DNA of 63,945 nt, counting the filler, from Octopus bimaculoides (Eukaryota), in the NCBI RefSeq assembly GCF_001194135.2. It is 9 parts of 9 records of this genome, joined end to end, with 100 filler letters (N's around TTAATTAATTAA, not from the genome) between each part and the next. Parts side by side here need not be neighbours in the genome. Positions count along the whole stretch, not along the records: positions 1 to 8,929 come from NW_026313809.1; positions 9,030 to 18,011 come from NC_068983.1; 7 more parts are not named here. One strand, given 5' to 3'. Of the stretch, positions 1 through 11,986 are shown piece by piece. Made by a program: the position numbers and the translations under genes. The notes under the pieces are model-generated. The model was not told the DNA's origin and ran no database searches. It saw nothing but the letters and a program-made list of their open reading frames with translations. Numbering within the stretch: the first letter of the stretch is position 1; every line of letters begins with the position of its first letter.

Positions 1-183
1 TATATATATATATATACATGTATTTGTACATATAAGAATACACACTTAGGTACTACACATATGTTATATGTATAGTATATTCATACAGTATATATAGCAT
101 TTATATTACATACATGTTATGTGTGTGTGTATATATATAAATGTATGTATATGTATATATGTACATATATGCATATATTTATG

Positions 184-221
<38 letters not shown>

Positions 222-231
222 NNNNNNNNNN

Positions 232-265
<34 letters not shown>

Positions 266-587
266 TTGGATTCACAAGTTACCTGTCGTGTTGGGTAGGG
301 TAATGTATATGCACATATTCAACATGTGTATTTGCATATAAAAGAATAAAATATTAAAAGAAAAACGCATAAACAAACTAGACAAGTATAGATTCACACA
401 GGCCATCAGACACACAATCGCATATAAGTATTTGTACATAATAGACGTTAGTGTAAGCATGAAAATGAGATTTATATGTGACGATACACAGGCAAACGTA
501 CCATCATTCACCACCAACAACTTTCAAAAGTACATACCCGCGCACCCCGCCCCTCACACATATGTATATATTCTTTTATTATTATTT

Positions 588-780
588 TTTCAGTCATTTC
601 ACTGCGACTATGCTTGAGCACCACCTTTAGTCGAACAAATCGACCCCAGGAATTATTCCTTGTAGGCCTAATATTGTTCTATCGATCTCTTTTGCCAAAC
701 CGGTAGATTACACGGACGTAAACACAGCAACGTCGTATGTCAAACGATGTTGCGGGTGGGAGGAGAAACAGAGACATACA

Positions 781-823
<43 letters not shown>

Positions 824-895
824 ATGTGTGTGTATGTATGTATATATATATATGCGACGCGCTTCTTTATGTTTCCATCTACCAAATCTAGTAAC
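588..895 (-). mobile_element. SINE family A, 5'-truncated copy with internal (TA)/(TG) microsatellite
   Basis: Reverse complement of the family A body and tail (cagtcattt..ctgcg..catgct.gagcacc.cctttagtcga.caaatcgaccccagga) seen full length at 51953-52415. Confidence 0.85.
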
Positions 896-1439
896 AAGAA
901 TAGCAGACTTTATATTTATTTGATATACATATGAAATATATATTTTGCCGGTAATAACCATCCACGTATTTATTTAAGCGACCTCTTTCCTCGCGTAGTG
1001 TCCCTTATAATTTTAAATTTGAAAACAGTGTGATGAAGAGTTTTTGATATTCTGTGAGCAGAATATCATATATACAGCGTCATAAAATTTACATTTTTGC
1101 GTTCAAACCCTTCCTAGGTAACATCTGGGTTTTCTACAACTGGGGAGGCGAAAAAATATACTTACAATAAATAAAAAAAATTTTATACCATCGATTATTT
1201 CCTATATACACCCTCCCCGAAATAAAACGTTGATGACATTGTTCCGTTTTTTTTTTTGTTTTATTTTTAAAATCAATATTCTGGCATTCGTTCTTAATCT
1301 AGTATTGTATATCGATCTTTTTGAATAGATTATCTGGTGTTTTTATTGGTTTATACGAATATCAAGTGAAATAAATTCATAATAGAACGTTGATTTACAA
1401 AGATATACATACATAAGTGCATACGTATGTGTATGTATG

Positions 1440-1480
<41 letters not shown>

Positions 1481-1565
1481 ATATATATACTTACACACAC
1501 ATATACATGCATACATATGTATATAGATATGTATATGTATATATATATATATATAATTATATATA

Positions 1566-1608
<43 letters not shown>

Positions 1609-2027
1609 ATATATGTATATACATATACTCACACATACAATTTTATGTTAAACTATATGCATATACGTATATACGTATTTAACATATATCGTACATTAAC
1701 TGCAGATATACATACACATATAAACACATATACATTCATAAATAAATATAAGTATGAATATATTTGTATTAATGTATATATAGGCACACACACATATATA
1801 TATATATATAGATGTGTATATAATATGTATGTATGTGTGTATGTATACAAACGTGCACATATACATATGTAGATTTTGGAAAATAAGCTCGCAAGTAATA
1901 ATAAAGATAACTGCTTCTCGTAATTTAGAGAGAGAGAGAGAGAGTAAGAGATACATATACATATGTGCATGTATATATATGTATATATATGTATATATAT
2001 ATATATATATGTATATANNNNNNNNNN

Positions 2028-2060
<33 letters not shown>

Positions 2061-2310
2061 GATGTATACATATAGTTACATAGATACTCACATATTTGCA
2101 TACATATAGATACATAGATATGCGTGTGCGCGCGTGTGTTTGTCTGTGTACATACATGCATATCAGGTTGAAGTATGTGCCGACGATTAAAAATGACAAA
2201 CTAGTAAGAGCATAAAAGAATAATATTTATTGACGTGACCGTGTCGTCAAAAAACGGCTGACAGATGATTTATGAATGGTAGAGAATGGTTTATCAGAGC
2301 AATGCGAGCA

Positions 2311-2660
2311 ACTTTTCCTTTCTTCCCCTCAAGATCGATAAAATAAGCACCTGTTGAACACTGGGGTGATGTATTCGACTAAACCACCTCCGCTGAAATT
2401 GCTGGCCTTGTGCAAAAATTAGAAAGTAACATTTCTTCGCTTTAACTCGGTGAGTTGGCGGAATTGTTAGCACGTCGAACAAAATGCGCAGCTTCATTTC
2501 GACCGGCTTTATGTTCTGAGTTAAAATTCCTTCGAAGTCGACTTTAACTTTCATCCTTTGAAGGTCGATAAAATAAGTACCAGTTGAGCTCTGGGAGTCG
2601 TAGTAATCGACTTATCCTCACTAATTGCTGGCCTTGTTCCAAACTTTGAAATCATTATTT
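2311..2660 (+). mobile_element. SINE family B, a 3' half followed by a near full-length copy
   Basis: Head gagttggcggaattgttagcacg; body ttctgagtt.aaattcc..gtcgacttt..tttcatcc..gtcgataaaataagtaccagttgag; tail ggccttgt...attatt. Confidence 0.8.
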
Positions 2661-2959
2661 CTTTTTTCTATTTATGAGACTCTATGATGTGATGTAATGT
2701 GATTGAAATTTATTCATTTCTAGCTTCCTTTTGCTCCAGTTAGACAACTCCCACGATTATTTATTTATTTATTTATTTATGCTGGTCCCCCACTCAGCAG
2801 AAAAGTTGTCTTGCGTCATAGCAAGCTACTGTTTTTTTTTTTTTATTTTCTTTCTTAGGCCTAAGGACTCAGAGTGCATATTACCCAGTTCCCACGACAA
2901 AAAAGTTGACCGAAATCACAACATCTCCCTGTATGAGCCGCCCATCCGTTGCAGAGGTG

Positions 2960-3137
2960 AAAGTCAGCAATTTTGAGGGGAGGGGGAGAAGTCTATTACA
3001 TCGGATCCAGTACTTGTTTCTGCCTTTATTTTATCAACCTTGATGAAATGAAAAGCAAAGTTGACCTCGGAATTATTTAAACAGGGGGTATAAATTCCAC
3101 CAAGTATTTTCTCCGATGGGCTATCGATTCCGCCAAC
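2960..3137 (-). mobile_element. SINE family B, old degenerate copy
   Basis: gatgaaatgaaaagcaaagttgacctcgg and gattccgccaac match the reverse complement of family B. Confidence 0.65.
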
Positions 3138-3575
3138 ACACCTCTTTCTCTTTTTGCTTTACTTGTATCTAAATACATTCCCTGACCCAACATAGCCTTC
3201 CATTATTCAATTCAATAGCTTAGGCTTAAATAGAAATTTACTTGTAATTTCTAGCACGCCTATCTTCCATTTAGAAACTTCCTATATGATTCATAGTCAT
3301 TTAACTTTTATCTCTTCGTTTGTTATTCATGTTGTTGTTTTTGCTGTTATTTGTTGTATTTAAATATGAAGATATATTTATATTTAAATATCCTACCAGA
3401 ATTTTCATATCGCTATCAACAACAGTAATGCGATAAGAGATATCGTTTTCCTCATGACATTTCGATATGACATCCATTTATTTTCAAATGATATTTTGAT
3501 TGAGGCTACTTGTCACGTTCCATCGTTCTTTTGTTTATTTTCCTTTGTTTTTCATCATCATCATCATCATCATCA

Positions 3576-3718
3576 TCAAGCTGGCAGAATCTTTAGCACG
3601 CTGGACGAAATGCTTAGCGTTATTTCGCCCATCACTACGTTCTGAGTTCAAATTCCACCGAGGTCGACTTTTCCTCTCATCCTTTCGGGGTCGATAAATT
3701 AAGTACCAGTTGAGTACG
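3576..3718 (+). mobile_element. SINE family B, 3'-truncated, preceded by (CAT)n
   Basis: aagctggcagaatctttagcacgctggacgaaatgcttagc...ttctgagttcaaattccaccgaggtcgac. Confidence 0.85.
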
Positions 3719-3739
3719 AACGATAGAATTAGCAATAAC

Positions 3740-3915
3740 AGACAACTAGAGAACGTTGCACAATGGACGTGTTAGTTCGACGCTCAGTAGAATGAGAGAG
3801 TTTTTGACGTTTCGAGCATAACTCTTCGCCGGAAAGGAAAAAGAGAGGATTTCAAAGAAGGGAATGAGTGAATCACTAACAGCAAGTGTGTAGTTATACA
3901 ATGCATTGGCAAGCC
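3740..3915 (-). mobile_element. Penelope-associated terminal-repeat-like fragment with a decayed minimal hammerhead motif
   Basis: Minus strand reads ttt CCGGCGA a GAGT tat GCTC GAA ACGT C aaa (3801-3835); same architecture as the motif at 16740-16775. Confidence 0.5.
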
Positions 3916-3982
3916 CAAGGCTACAATAGAATACATTGCCCCAAGGTGCTGTAAAATAAGTATATATTTGTGTGTGTGCGAA

Positions 3983-4290
3983 GAGAGACAGACAGACTGA
4001 GACAGACAGACAGACAGACTGAGACAGACAGACAGACAGACTGAGACAGACAGACAGACAGACTGAGACAGACAGACAGACAGACTGAGACAGACAGACA
4101 GACAGACTGAGACAGACAGACAGACTGAGACAGACAGACAGACTGAGACAGACAGACAGACTGAGACAGACTGAGACAGACAGACAGACAGACTGAGACA
4201 GACAGACAGACTGAGACAGACAGACAGACAGACTCAGACAGACAGACTGAGACAGACAGACTCAGACAGACAGACAGAGACAGACAGAGA
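3983..4290. repeat. Compound (GACA)n/(GACT-GA) microsatellite array
   Basis: Units gagacagacaga(caga)(caga)ct repeated over ~300 bp. Confidence 0.95.
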
Positions 4291-4405
4291 TGATCCACTG
4301 AGGCATCCAAAAGCACTTGGAACAGCTGAATTCCACATAACTGCAATGGAGATAAGTACAGTATATAGGAAATAATTTGAGTTTCTTTCATGCTTTCCTT
4401 ACATA

Positions 4406-4610
4406 TGCTTCCCAACCACGTGGTTCTGGGGTCAGTCCCACTGTGTGGGCAAGTGTCTTCTGCTATAACCTCGGGCCGACCAAAGTCTTGTGAGTGGATT
4501 TGGTAGACAAAAACTCATGGAGTGGGTGTCGAATAGTTCGACTAAAATCTTTCAAGGTGGTGCCCCAGCATGGCCAATGATTGAAACAAGTCAATGATAA
4601 ACGATATAAA
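4406..4610 (+). mobile_element. SINE family A, internally deleted copy
   Basis: ccaaccacgtggttctggggtcagtcccactg..gggcaagtgtcttctgctataacctcgggccgaccaaag joined directly to the tail ccagcatggcc..tgattgaaacaagt. Confidence 0.8.
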
Positions 4611-5293
4611 AGGTGAAAAAAAAATAACACAGAGGTGTTTTCCACAACCTTATTAGTATGAAGTTGTAGGAAACATTGGATGTTATGTGGGGCGATGCAC
4701 GCTCTCACACCAAGCCAAGGCACATGGAAGTGAGTTCTCGGTGCAGAGGGGAAGTTTATCGGATAAATATAGATGAAAAGCAGCAGAAGAGCAGAGTAAA
4801 GATAAGAGGAAAATAAGAAGTAAATTAAGGAAATAAAAAGGAACAACAAACGCAATTGACATTCAACGTTGACGATGTATTGAAAGTTAATAGTGGAAGT
4901 TTCTCAATGAAACATGTCCGATAAGATAAGAGGGTCACACAAAACAAACATACATTCCGTTTGTGAGTGTATGCGTGTCAACAACCTTGTGTGTGTGTGT
5001 TTGTGTGCATATGTGTGTGTGTGTGTGTGTGTACATATATGCACAAACACACACACATATAAGGTTGTTGACACGCATACATATATAGATGGATTGATAG
5101 GTTGATAGATATACAAACGCACGCGTGCAAGCATAGAAACATATGTATATATATATATGTGTGAGTATATATATATATATATTTATTTATTTATTTATAC
5201 AAACATCCACACGCACTCTCATACACACACACAGACACACTTTTATAAAAAGAGGGGAAAATATGTTCGTATCTATGTATATGCGTGTGTGTT

Positions 5294-5338
<45 letters not shown>

Positions 5339-5404
5339 GCGCATGTGTATGATTGTGTATAACAACTTTACCAAGAAGTAGAGGAAAAATATAGCACTGA
5401 ATTT

Positions 5405-6045
5405 TGAAAAGGCATGGAAGAGATACCTTGACAATTGCTTCATAATCTGAACAGAATCTCTAAATTCTCTTGGAAGAGTTCAATATCCTCTCGAACAACC
5501 TACACCCATCTCTCCAATTTACAAAGGAGATGGGTAGTATCAAATTACCATTCCTAGATATAATGATAATTAAAAAGGAAACTACCATTACCACAGAGAA
5601 ATACTATGGACACACGGACACACATCAATACCTGAATTGTACGTCGTGCCATCCACCACCTACAAAACGCAACATCCCATACTGGTAAGCCAGGAGAATT
5701 TGTACAATTGTAAAAGATGCGAATATCAAGAACAAACGCCGAACAAGAACTAAGAGAATTTTTGCTCAAATAAAAATATCTGTCTCTACTTATAGAAAAT
5801 GGCATACAGCGGGCTATAGAAATACCCATACGACAACTGAGGACACACCAAAGAAGAGGAAAACAAGAACAAGTCATATCATTGATAGTGACACACAACC
5901 CATGTCACCAGAATATCTTCAACATTGCCACAGCAAACCTACCAATCATTGCTCAAAGTAATGAATTAAAAGATATAACCACAGATCGAGCTAAGGTTCT
6001 TAGTAAAATACAGCCTAAAAACTTGGAAAAAATTATTAACAAAGG
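5405..6045 (+). mobile_element. Penelope-like element, reverse transcriptase C-terminal/thumb fragment (pseudogenised)
   Basis: Translates as WKRYLDNCFII*...NNLHPSLQFTKE..KLPFLDIMI...TDTHQYLNCTSCHP..TKRNIPY, then ARRICTIV after a frameshift; typical Penelope RT motifs (RY[I/L]DD, FLD, YL..S.HP). Confidence 0.85.
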
Positions 6046-6106
6046 CAACGATCACGATGCTAATAATAATGCTGATGATGATGACAAATAATCCCGCAAA
6101 GTATAA

Positions 6107-6480
6107 GAATGATTTTAAATTTTGGCACAAGGCAATGGACCCCAGTACAGAACTGGTACTTATTTTATTGACCCCGGTACAGTTAAAGACGGACGAAATA
6201 CTACTAAACATTTTTGTCCGGCGTGCTAACGGTTCTGCCAGGTCGCTGCCTTCATGCAAATATTCGTTTCACTTTTTGGCACAAGGGCCAGCAATTTCTG
6301 GGCAGAGGGTACGTTGACTACATCGACTATAGTGCTAAATTAGTACTTACTTTATCGAACCCCTAAAGATGAAAGTAAAGTCGACTTCGGTGGAATCTGA
6401 ACTCAGAGGGAAAAGACGGACGAAACGCTACTAAGCATTTCTGCCTGGCATGCTAACGACGCCGCTAGCTCGGCGCCTTC
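6107..6480 (-). mobile_element. Two tandem SINE family B copies (6107-6260 internally deleted; 6268-6480 full)
   Basis: Both end on + in ...cc.gc.gccttc (reverse complement of the head) and contain ctggtactta and gaaagtaaagtcgacttcggtggaatctgaactcag. Confidence 0.8.
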
Positions 6481-6960
6481 ATGCAAAGTATAATAGTAAT
6501 GTCAATATCCATGGTGACGATGATGGCGATGATGATGTTGTTGGAGATGGGGATGCGGACGAGAAAGTGGAGGAGGAGGAGGGGAAAGAACTTGGGGAAA
6601 GAGGACAATGTGAAGTTCGTTGACAACCTAAAGTTCGACTGCGACAACCGAAAAGTGCATCGACGACGTTCATCATAATGAGCGGGCGGGGGGACGAAGT
6701 AAATGTGGTGGAGGTGGTGGTGGTGCTGGTGATGTTGACGGTTGTGATAGTGGTGGCGGCGATGGCGGTGGTGATTATTGAAGATCATATTAAAAAAAAA
6801 AAAAAAGAAAAAAAATTGCCCGACTTCACATGCACCGCATTAATATATATAATCGCTATCTATTTCACAAGCAACACGCCAAGTTGTCAGTCACCCTGAA
6901 GTGATTAACACTTCTAATGTTACCAAATAAACACCGGTATGCACCATTATACATATATAT

Positions 6961-7018
<58 letters not shown>

Positions 7019-7520
7019 AAGCGTGTATGTGTATATATAATCATCATAACATAACAAGCTCACATAAAACACGATACATGTGTGTGTGTGTGTGTGTGTG
7101 AACAAATGGATATATGTACGTATGTATGCTTATATACATGCGTGTATACATACGCGCGCGCACACACACACACTCTCACACACACACACGCACACACGCA
7201 CGCGCACACACACACACTCTCACACACACACACGCACACACACACATATATATGTATGTATATGCGTGTGTGTCTGTAGAAGTATATCTGTATTACTAAA
7301 ATAACGCTGTGTGAGTCGGTTAGGTTTTGACGCTTTAACCTTGACCTTCATAAACAATTTGAGCTGCAATTGACGCATTCGGCGATGAATTGGGTGTATC
7401 GTGCGAAAATGAAGGAGGCGGGGAGCCCTACGACAGTTATTATGTACTTTCATATTTATACTGAGCATTTTTCTGCATTTTTATCTTTTGCATTTTCATG
7501 TCTAGTATATCAGTCTGTCT

Positions 7521-7557
<37 letters not shown>

Positions 7558-8055
7558 GCTATCTCTCTCTCTCTCTCTGGATATATGCGCATATACATAT
7601 ATATATATATATATATANNNNNNNNNNNNNNNNNNNNNNNNNNNNNNNNNNNNNNNNNNNNNNNNNNNNNNNNNNNNNNNNNNNNNNNNNNNNNNNNNNN
7701 NNNNNNNNNNNNNNNNNNNNNNNNNNNNNNNNNNNNNNNNNNNNNNNNNNNNNNNNNNNNNNNNNNNNNNNNNNNNNNNNNNNNNNNNNNNNNNNNNNNN
7801 NNNNNNNNNNNNNNNNNNNNNNNNNNNNNNNNNNNNNNNNNNNNNNNNNNNNNNNNNNNNNNNNNNNNNNNNNNNNNNNNNNNNNNNNNNNNNNNNNNNN
7901 NNNNNNNNNNNNNNNNNNNNNNNNNNNNNNNNNNNNNNNNNNNNNNNNNNNNNNNNNNNNNNNNNNNNNNNNNNNNNNNNNNNNNNNNNNNNNNNNNNNN
8001 NNNNNNNNNNNNNNNNNNNNNNNNNNNNNNNNNNNNNNNNNNNNNNATATATATA

Positions 8056-8318
8056 GGCGCGGTAGTGGCTGTGTGGTAAGTAGCTTGCTTACCAGCCCCA
8101 TGGTCCCGGGTTCAGTCCCACTGCATGGCGCCTTGGGCAAGTGTCCTCCACTATAGCCTCGGACCGACCAAAGCCTTGTGAGTGCATTTTGTAAACGGAA
8201 AGAAGCCCGTCGTATATATATATATGTATGTATGTATGTGTGTGTGTATATGTTTCTGTCTGTTTGTCCCCCACCCCACCCCCAGTATCGCTTGACAACC
8301 GGTGGTGGTGTGTTTACG
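8056..8318 (+). mobile_element. SINE family A, head plus body, 3'-truncated
   Basis: tRNA-like head gtggctgtgtggtaagtagc...gggttcagtccc (A/B-box-like), ccttgggcaagt box, internal (TA/TG)n. Confidence 0.9.
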
Positions 8319-8637
8319 AATTGTTTTCCCTGCTACTGCCGTATGACAACAGGGGAGAAAACTCATACGGTGATATAATGCACCTACAGTGTGTTAAAGG
8401 TTAAATTGCAGAGCGTCCGAATAATCCCACACGCACGGAAAAGGATTCTTAGGTAGATCCAGCGAGCTACAGTGTGATAAAGTCGATTTATAAACTGCAG
8501 ATACAATTTTTCCGCTGGGTTTCTATATTGCTTCTGTCTACCCAACGTCACACATGAGACTTGCGCCGATTAAGGGTTAAAGGTGCTCGCCCAAGATGGC
8601 CCACAATGACTTTGATGTATATATGTGCATCTTTTGA

Positions 8638-8675
<38 letters not shown>

Positions 8676-8679
8676 GTCA

Positions 8680-8870
8680 CCCATTAGACTGCGGCCATGC
8701 TGGGATACGGCCTTGAAGAATTTGTTTAGTCGAATGAATAGACCGCTGTTTTTCAGCCTGGAAATTATTCTAATTTGCCTCATTTGCCAAGTTACAGGAA
8801 CTTAAACACATCAACACAGGCTGTCAAGCTGTGGCAGGGGAGGCAAACACACGTACAAAGACACATACAC
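8680..8870 (-). mobile_element. SINE family A, tail fragment
   Basis: gactgcggccatgctggga..ccttgaagaa..ttagtcgaa...gctgtcaagc. Confidence 0.75.
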
Positions 8871-8892
8871 ACACATTATATTACATTTCTGA

Positions 8893-8929
<37 letters not shown>

Positions 8930-8973
8930 NNNNNNNNNNNNNNNNNNNNNNNNNNNNNNNNNNNNNNNNNNNN

Positions 8974-8985
8974 TTAATTAATTAA
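8974..8985. other. Assembly gap marker TTAATTAATTAA inside an N run (also at 18056, 25276, 28650, 42016, 53888, 59814, 62774)
   Basis: Identical 12-mer with stop codons in all six frames, centred in ~100-bp N blocks eight times; artefact, not biology. Confidence 0.95.
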
Positions 8986-9183
8986 NNNNNNNNNNNNNNN
9001 NNNNNNNNNNNNNNNNNNNNNNNNNNNNNTTGTTATTCCCATGCTTTAGATTTGTTTTGCCTTCCTTTTCATTCATATGTTTGTCTGTGGTGTTCTGGAT
9101 TGGTGCTTTTTGTACACTATTATACATCTCTACGGTCTGGGTTTGTTGTTTTTTGTTTACTTCGTTTTTGCCGGACATGTTAC

Positions 9184-9228
<45 letters not shown>

Positions 9229-9230
<2 letters not shown>

Positions 9231-9445
9231 GGCAGCGAGTAGGTAGAATCGTTAGCACTCCAGGCGAAATGCTTAGCAGCATTTCGGCCATCATTATGAG
9301 TTCGAATTTCGCTGAGGTCGACTTTACCATCTCTTTTTTCACGGTCAACGTAATAAGCACTAGTTGAGCATTGGGGTCAATGCAATCGACTAACCGTTCC
9401 CCCAAAATTCCAGCCCCTGTGCGTACGCTACAAAATATTCTCATT
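9229..9445 (+). mobile_element. SINE family B, full-length, directly preceded by (TTA)n
   Basis: aaggcagcgagtaggtagaatcgttagcac...gaggtcgactt...gcattggggtcaatgcaatcgactaa. Confidence 0.85.
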
Positions 9446-9789
9446 ATAAGTGTAAAGTCGGTGGAACTCGAATTTTTCATCATATCGCCTTATGTTTTAT
9501 CCTTTGTCCATATTATATACACACACACACACATATATATGTGCATGTTTATGTGTGTGTGTGTGCGTGTGTGTGCGTGTGTGTGTGTGTGTGTGTGTGG
9601 GTGTGTGTGCGTGCGTGTGTGTGTGTAGTCAAGCAAGATATTTTTTTTTTGCAGTACTTGCTACATCACAAATAGAGTGCTTACACACTTAGGAGGTTGA
9701 GATATTAATGAACTTTCTGGACCTAAACACTGATGGCTCTGGATTTCAGTCTCATTTCATATGATAATCTAGGAATTGCATCACGAGTT

Positions 9790-10010
9790 TTAAGAAAGTT
9801 TAATTTAGCAGGGTATCTATAAAAATTCCATAGCAAAAACCAGTCTGCGAGTGTTAATAACAGACTGGAATAACATCATGACTGAAAATTTAGACTCTGC
9901 AGATGATATAACATTTCAGTTGCCTGACAAATATTGACCAAAACACTTGACTAAGCTACAATGGTATTAAAACAGAATAATTAGTAGCTAGGCAAATACA
10001 GGAAGAGTAA
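9790..10010 (+). mobile_element. Very decayed LINE reverse transcriptase fragment, RTE-like
   Basis: ENLDSADDITF resembles the (L)D[F/Y]ADD catalytic motif; flanking frames are broken. Confidence 0.35.
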
Positions 10011-10106
10011 AATGTCCACATAATAGAATCTCCAGACCTACATAGATGTCAAGTTGGCTGTTAGCCCAATCAATTTATACAGGACACACATACGTATTTC
10101 CATGTA

Positions 10107-10176
<70 letters not shown>

Positions 10177-11009
10177 TGTGCTCGCGCATGTGTGTGCATG
10201 TGTGGGTGCGTGTATGTGTATATAGGTGTGTAAAAGAAAGTGTCTGTTTGAGTGAGTTTCTGTCTGTGAGTATGAGCACGCACACACTCACACACATACT
10301 TGTATATACGTACATATGTATATGTATACAAGCACATACATACACATACATATATTATGTGTGTGTATATGTGTGCATGTTTGTGCGTGTTGTTGACGTC
10401 ATAGGAATTTATAAACTTCGATAACATGATATAATTCTTTTCAGAGACGATGAACCTTGAACCAAATAAAGCTTAAATGCTGAAGTGTAAATTTTTTACC
10501 CTTTAGATAGAACGAATCAATGTTTACAGGAGATGTGGGTTCGTGTTCTACAATCAGACTTCGGCTTTTCCTACCTAGAGGGGTTTTAACTGAATATTCA
10601 CTATGGTTTTTTTATAGCTATATTAGCCTCCAGATTCACCGCTCCTAAAGAGGAAATTGGTGCTAATATGTGTGTGGGGGAGTGGGCATGTGTATAGGTA
10701 TGCATATAATGTATGTGTGTATATATGTATGCACGCATGCTTGCATGATGCATGTACGTATGTATAATAATGATAAAGCCTTTTAGTGGTAATACATCGC
10801 ATAAATTTTCATGAAAAATATATGCCAATTAACTATCAAACAATACACATCTGGTTTGTGAGCATTTCCACTGTACCGTTATATATAAATAAGTTAAAGG
10901 TGATTTACTTCGTTTGGGTGATTATAAATACATCAAAAATAAACTTGAAAAACTATGACTAAATGAGAAACGAAAGCGAAAAGATTGCTAAATAGAAATT
11001 AGTATCCCT

Positions 11010-11225
11010 TATCATTTACTTGTTTTAGTCATTGGAAAGCAGCCATGTTGGGTCAACACCTTGCAGTGTTTAATCGAAGTAATCAACCCAAGTACTTATT
11101 TATTAAAACCTGGTATTTATTCTATCGGCCTCTTCTGCAGAACCGGTAAGTTAAAGAGATGTACACAAACCAGTACCGGTTGTCAAGCGGTTGGCAAACA
11201 AGCACATTCGGAAAGATACACACAC
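11010..11225 (-). mobile_element. SINE family A, 3' part
   Basis: tacttgttttagtcattgga..gcagccatgttgg...tattctatcggcctct..gcagaaccggtaag..accggttgtcaagcgg. Confidence 0.8.
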
Positions 11226-11689
11226 GTACACACATACGCATATACATATTTATTTGATATGTATATATATATAATATAAATAATATATATATGTATGTAT
11301 ATATATATATATATATNNNNNNNNNNNNNNNNNNNNNNNNNNNNNNNNNNNNNNNNNNNNNNNNNNNNNNNNNNNNNNNNNNNNNNNNNNNNNNNNNNNN
11401 NNNNNNNNNNNNNNNNNNNNNNNNNNNNNNNNNNNNNNNNNNNNNNNNNNNNNNNNNNNNNNNNNNNNNNNNNNNNNNNNNNNNNNNNNNNNNNNNNNNN
11501 NNNNNNNNATATATATATATGCATATATGGGTACAGGACGTCACCAACAGATAGATAGATATACATATATATCCATATACATATATATATATACGTATAT
11601 ATATGTACACACACACACATATGTATATGATATATATTGAGTGTGTATAAATATATTCACAATGTATTTGTGCATGTATGTGCATATGT

Positions 11690-11986
11690 GCAGTATTGAG
11701 TCAGTGTATGTGCAGATTTGTATGTTTTGTTTTATGTGTGTATTCTCTTGCATATAGTTGCATGTTTAGACATGAGCATACTTAAAACGACAACCTGCTG
11801 GAAAATTTTACAGATTTTTACAATTCCTCTGATGGTTTCTATCTGTAGTCTTCCGATCAGCTTTCTCCTTTCTGCTTTTGAGAAGCCTAATTTCTGAAGA
11901 TTGGTACTTAGGCAGTGTGTTACATATCCCTGGACCCCAATATTTACAGGTATAAACTTGAACTTGTAATCTGGGTAGAGTAACTG
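11690..11986 (-). mobile_element. RLE-type non-LTR retrotransposon, 5'-truncated 3' end, abutting (CATA)n
   Basis: Minus frame LLYPDYKFKFIPVNIGVQGYVTHCLSTNLQKLGFS...LQIETIRGIVKICKIF resembles the C-terminus after the RLE (xPxxIGxxG...GTxKI); the truncation point joins a perfect (TATG)n tract at ~11986-12025. Confidence 0.6.

Noticed and set aside
121-2199. Many ORFs of YI, HT, VC, SL, poly-I, poly-N or poly-Y type here and throughout the window
   Set aside because: They are translations of (TA)n, (CA)n, (CT)n and (ATT)n microsatellites with no domain content
3921-4415. 164-aa ORF with SVCL repeats
   Set aside because: Translation of the GACA/GACT compound microsatellite
6465-6899. Overlapping His-rich, Val-rich and acidic/basic ORFs
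   Set aside because: Degenerate (GAT)/(GGT)/(GAG) trinucleotide tracts open in several frames on both strands; no splice or domain support
8056-8130. tRNA-like sequences with A/B boxes (also 24931, 36395, 51953, 62325)
   Set aside because: They continue into SINE bodies and I could not fold a full cloverleaf; SINE heads, not tRNA genes
7370-8140. Long ORFs spanning N runs (also near 11.3, 19.3, 33, 36.5, 50.1, 51.2 and 52.6 kb)
   Set aside because: Length comes from unknown bases translated as X
8974-8985. Recurrent palindromic TTAATTAATTAA (eight copies) that looks like a conserved motif
   Set aside because: Always centred in N blocks and has stops in six frames: a scaffolding gap marker
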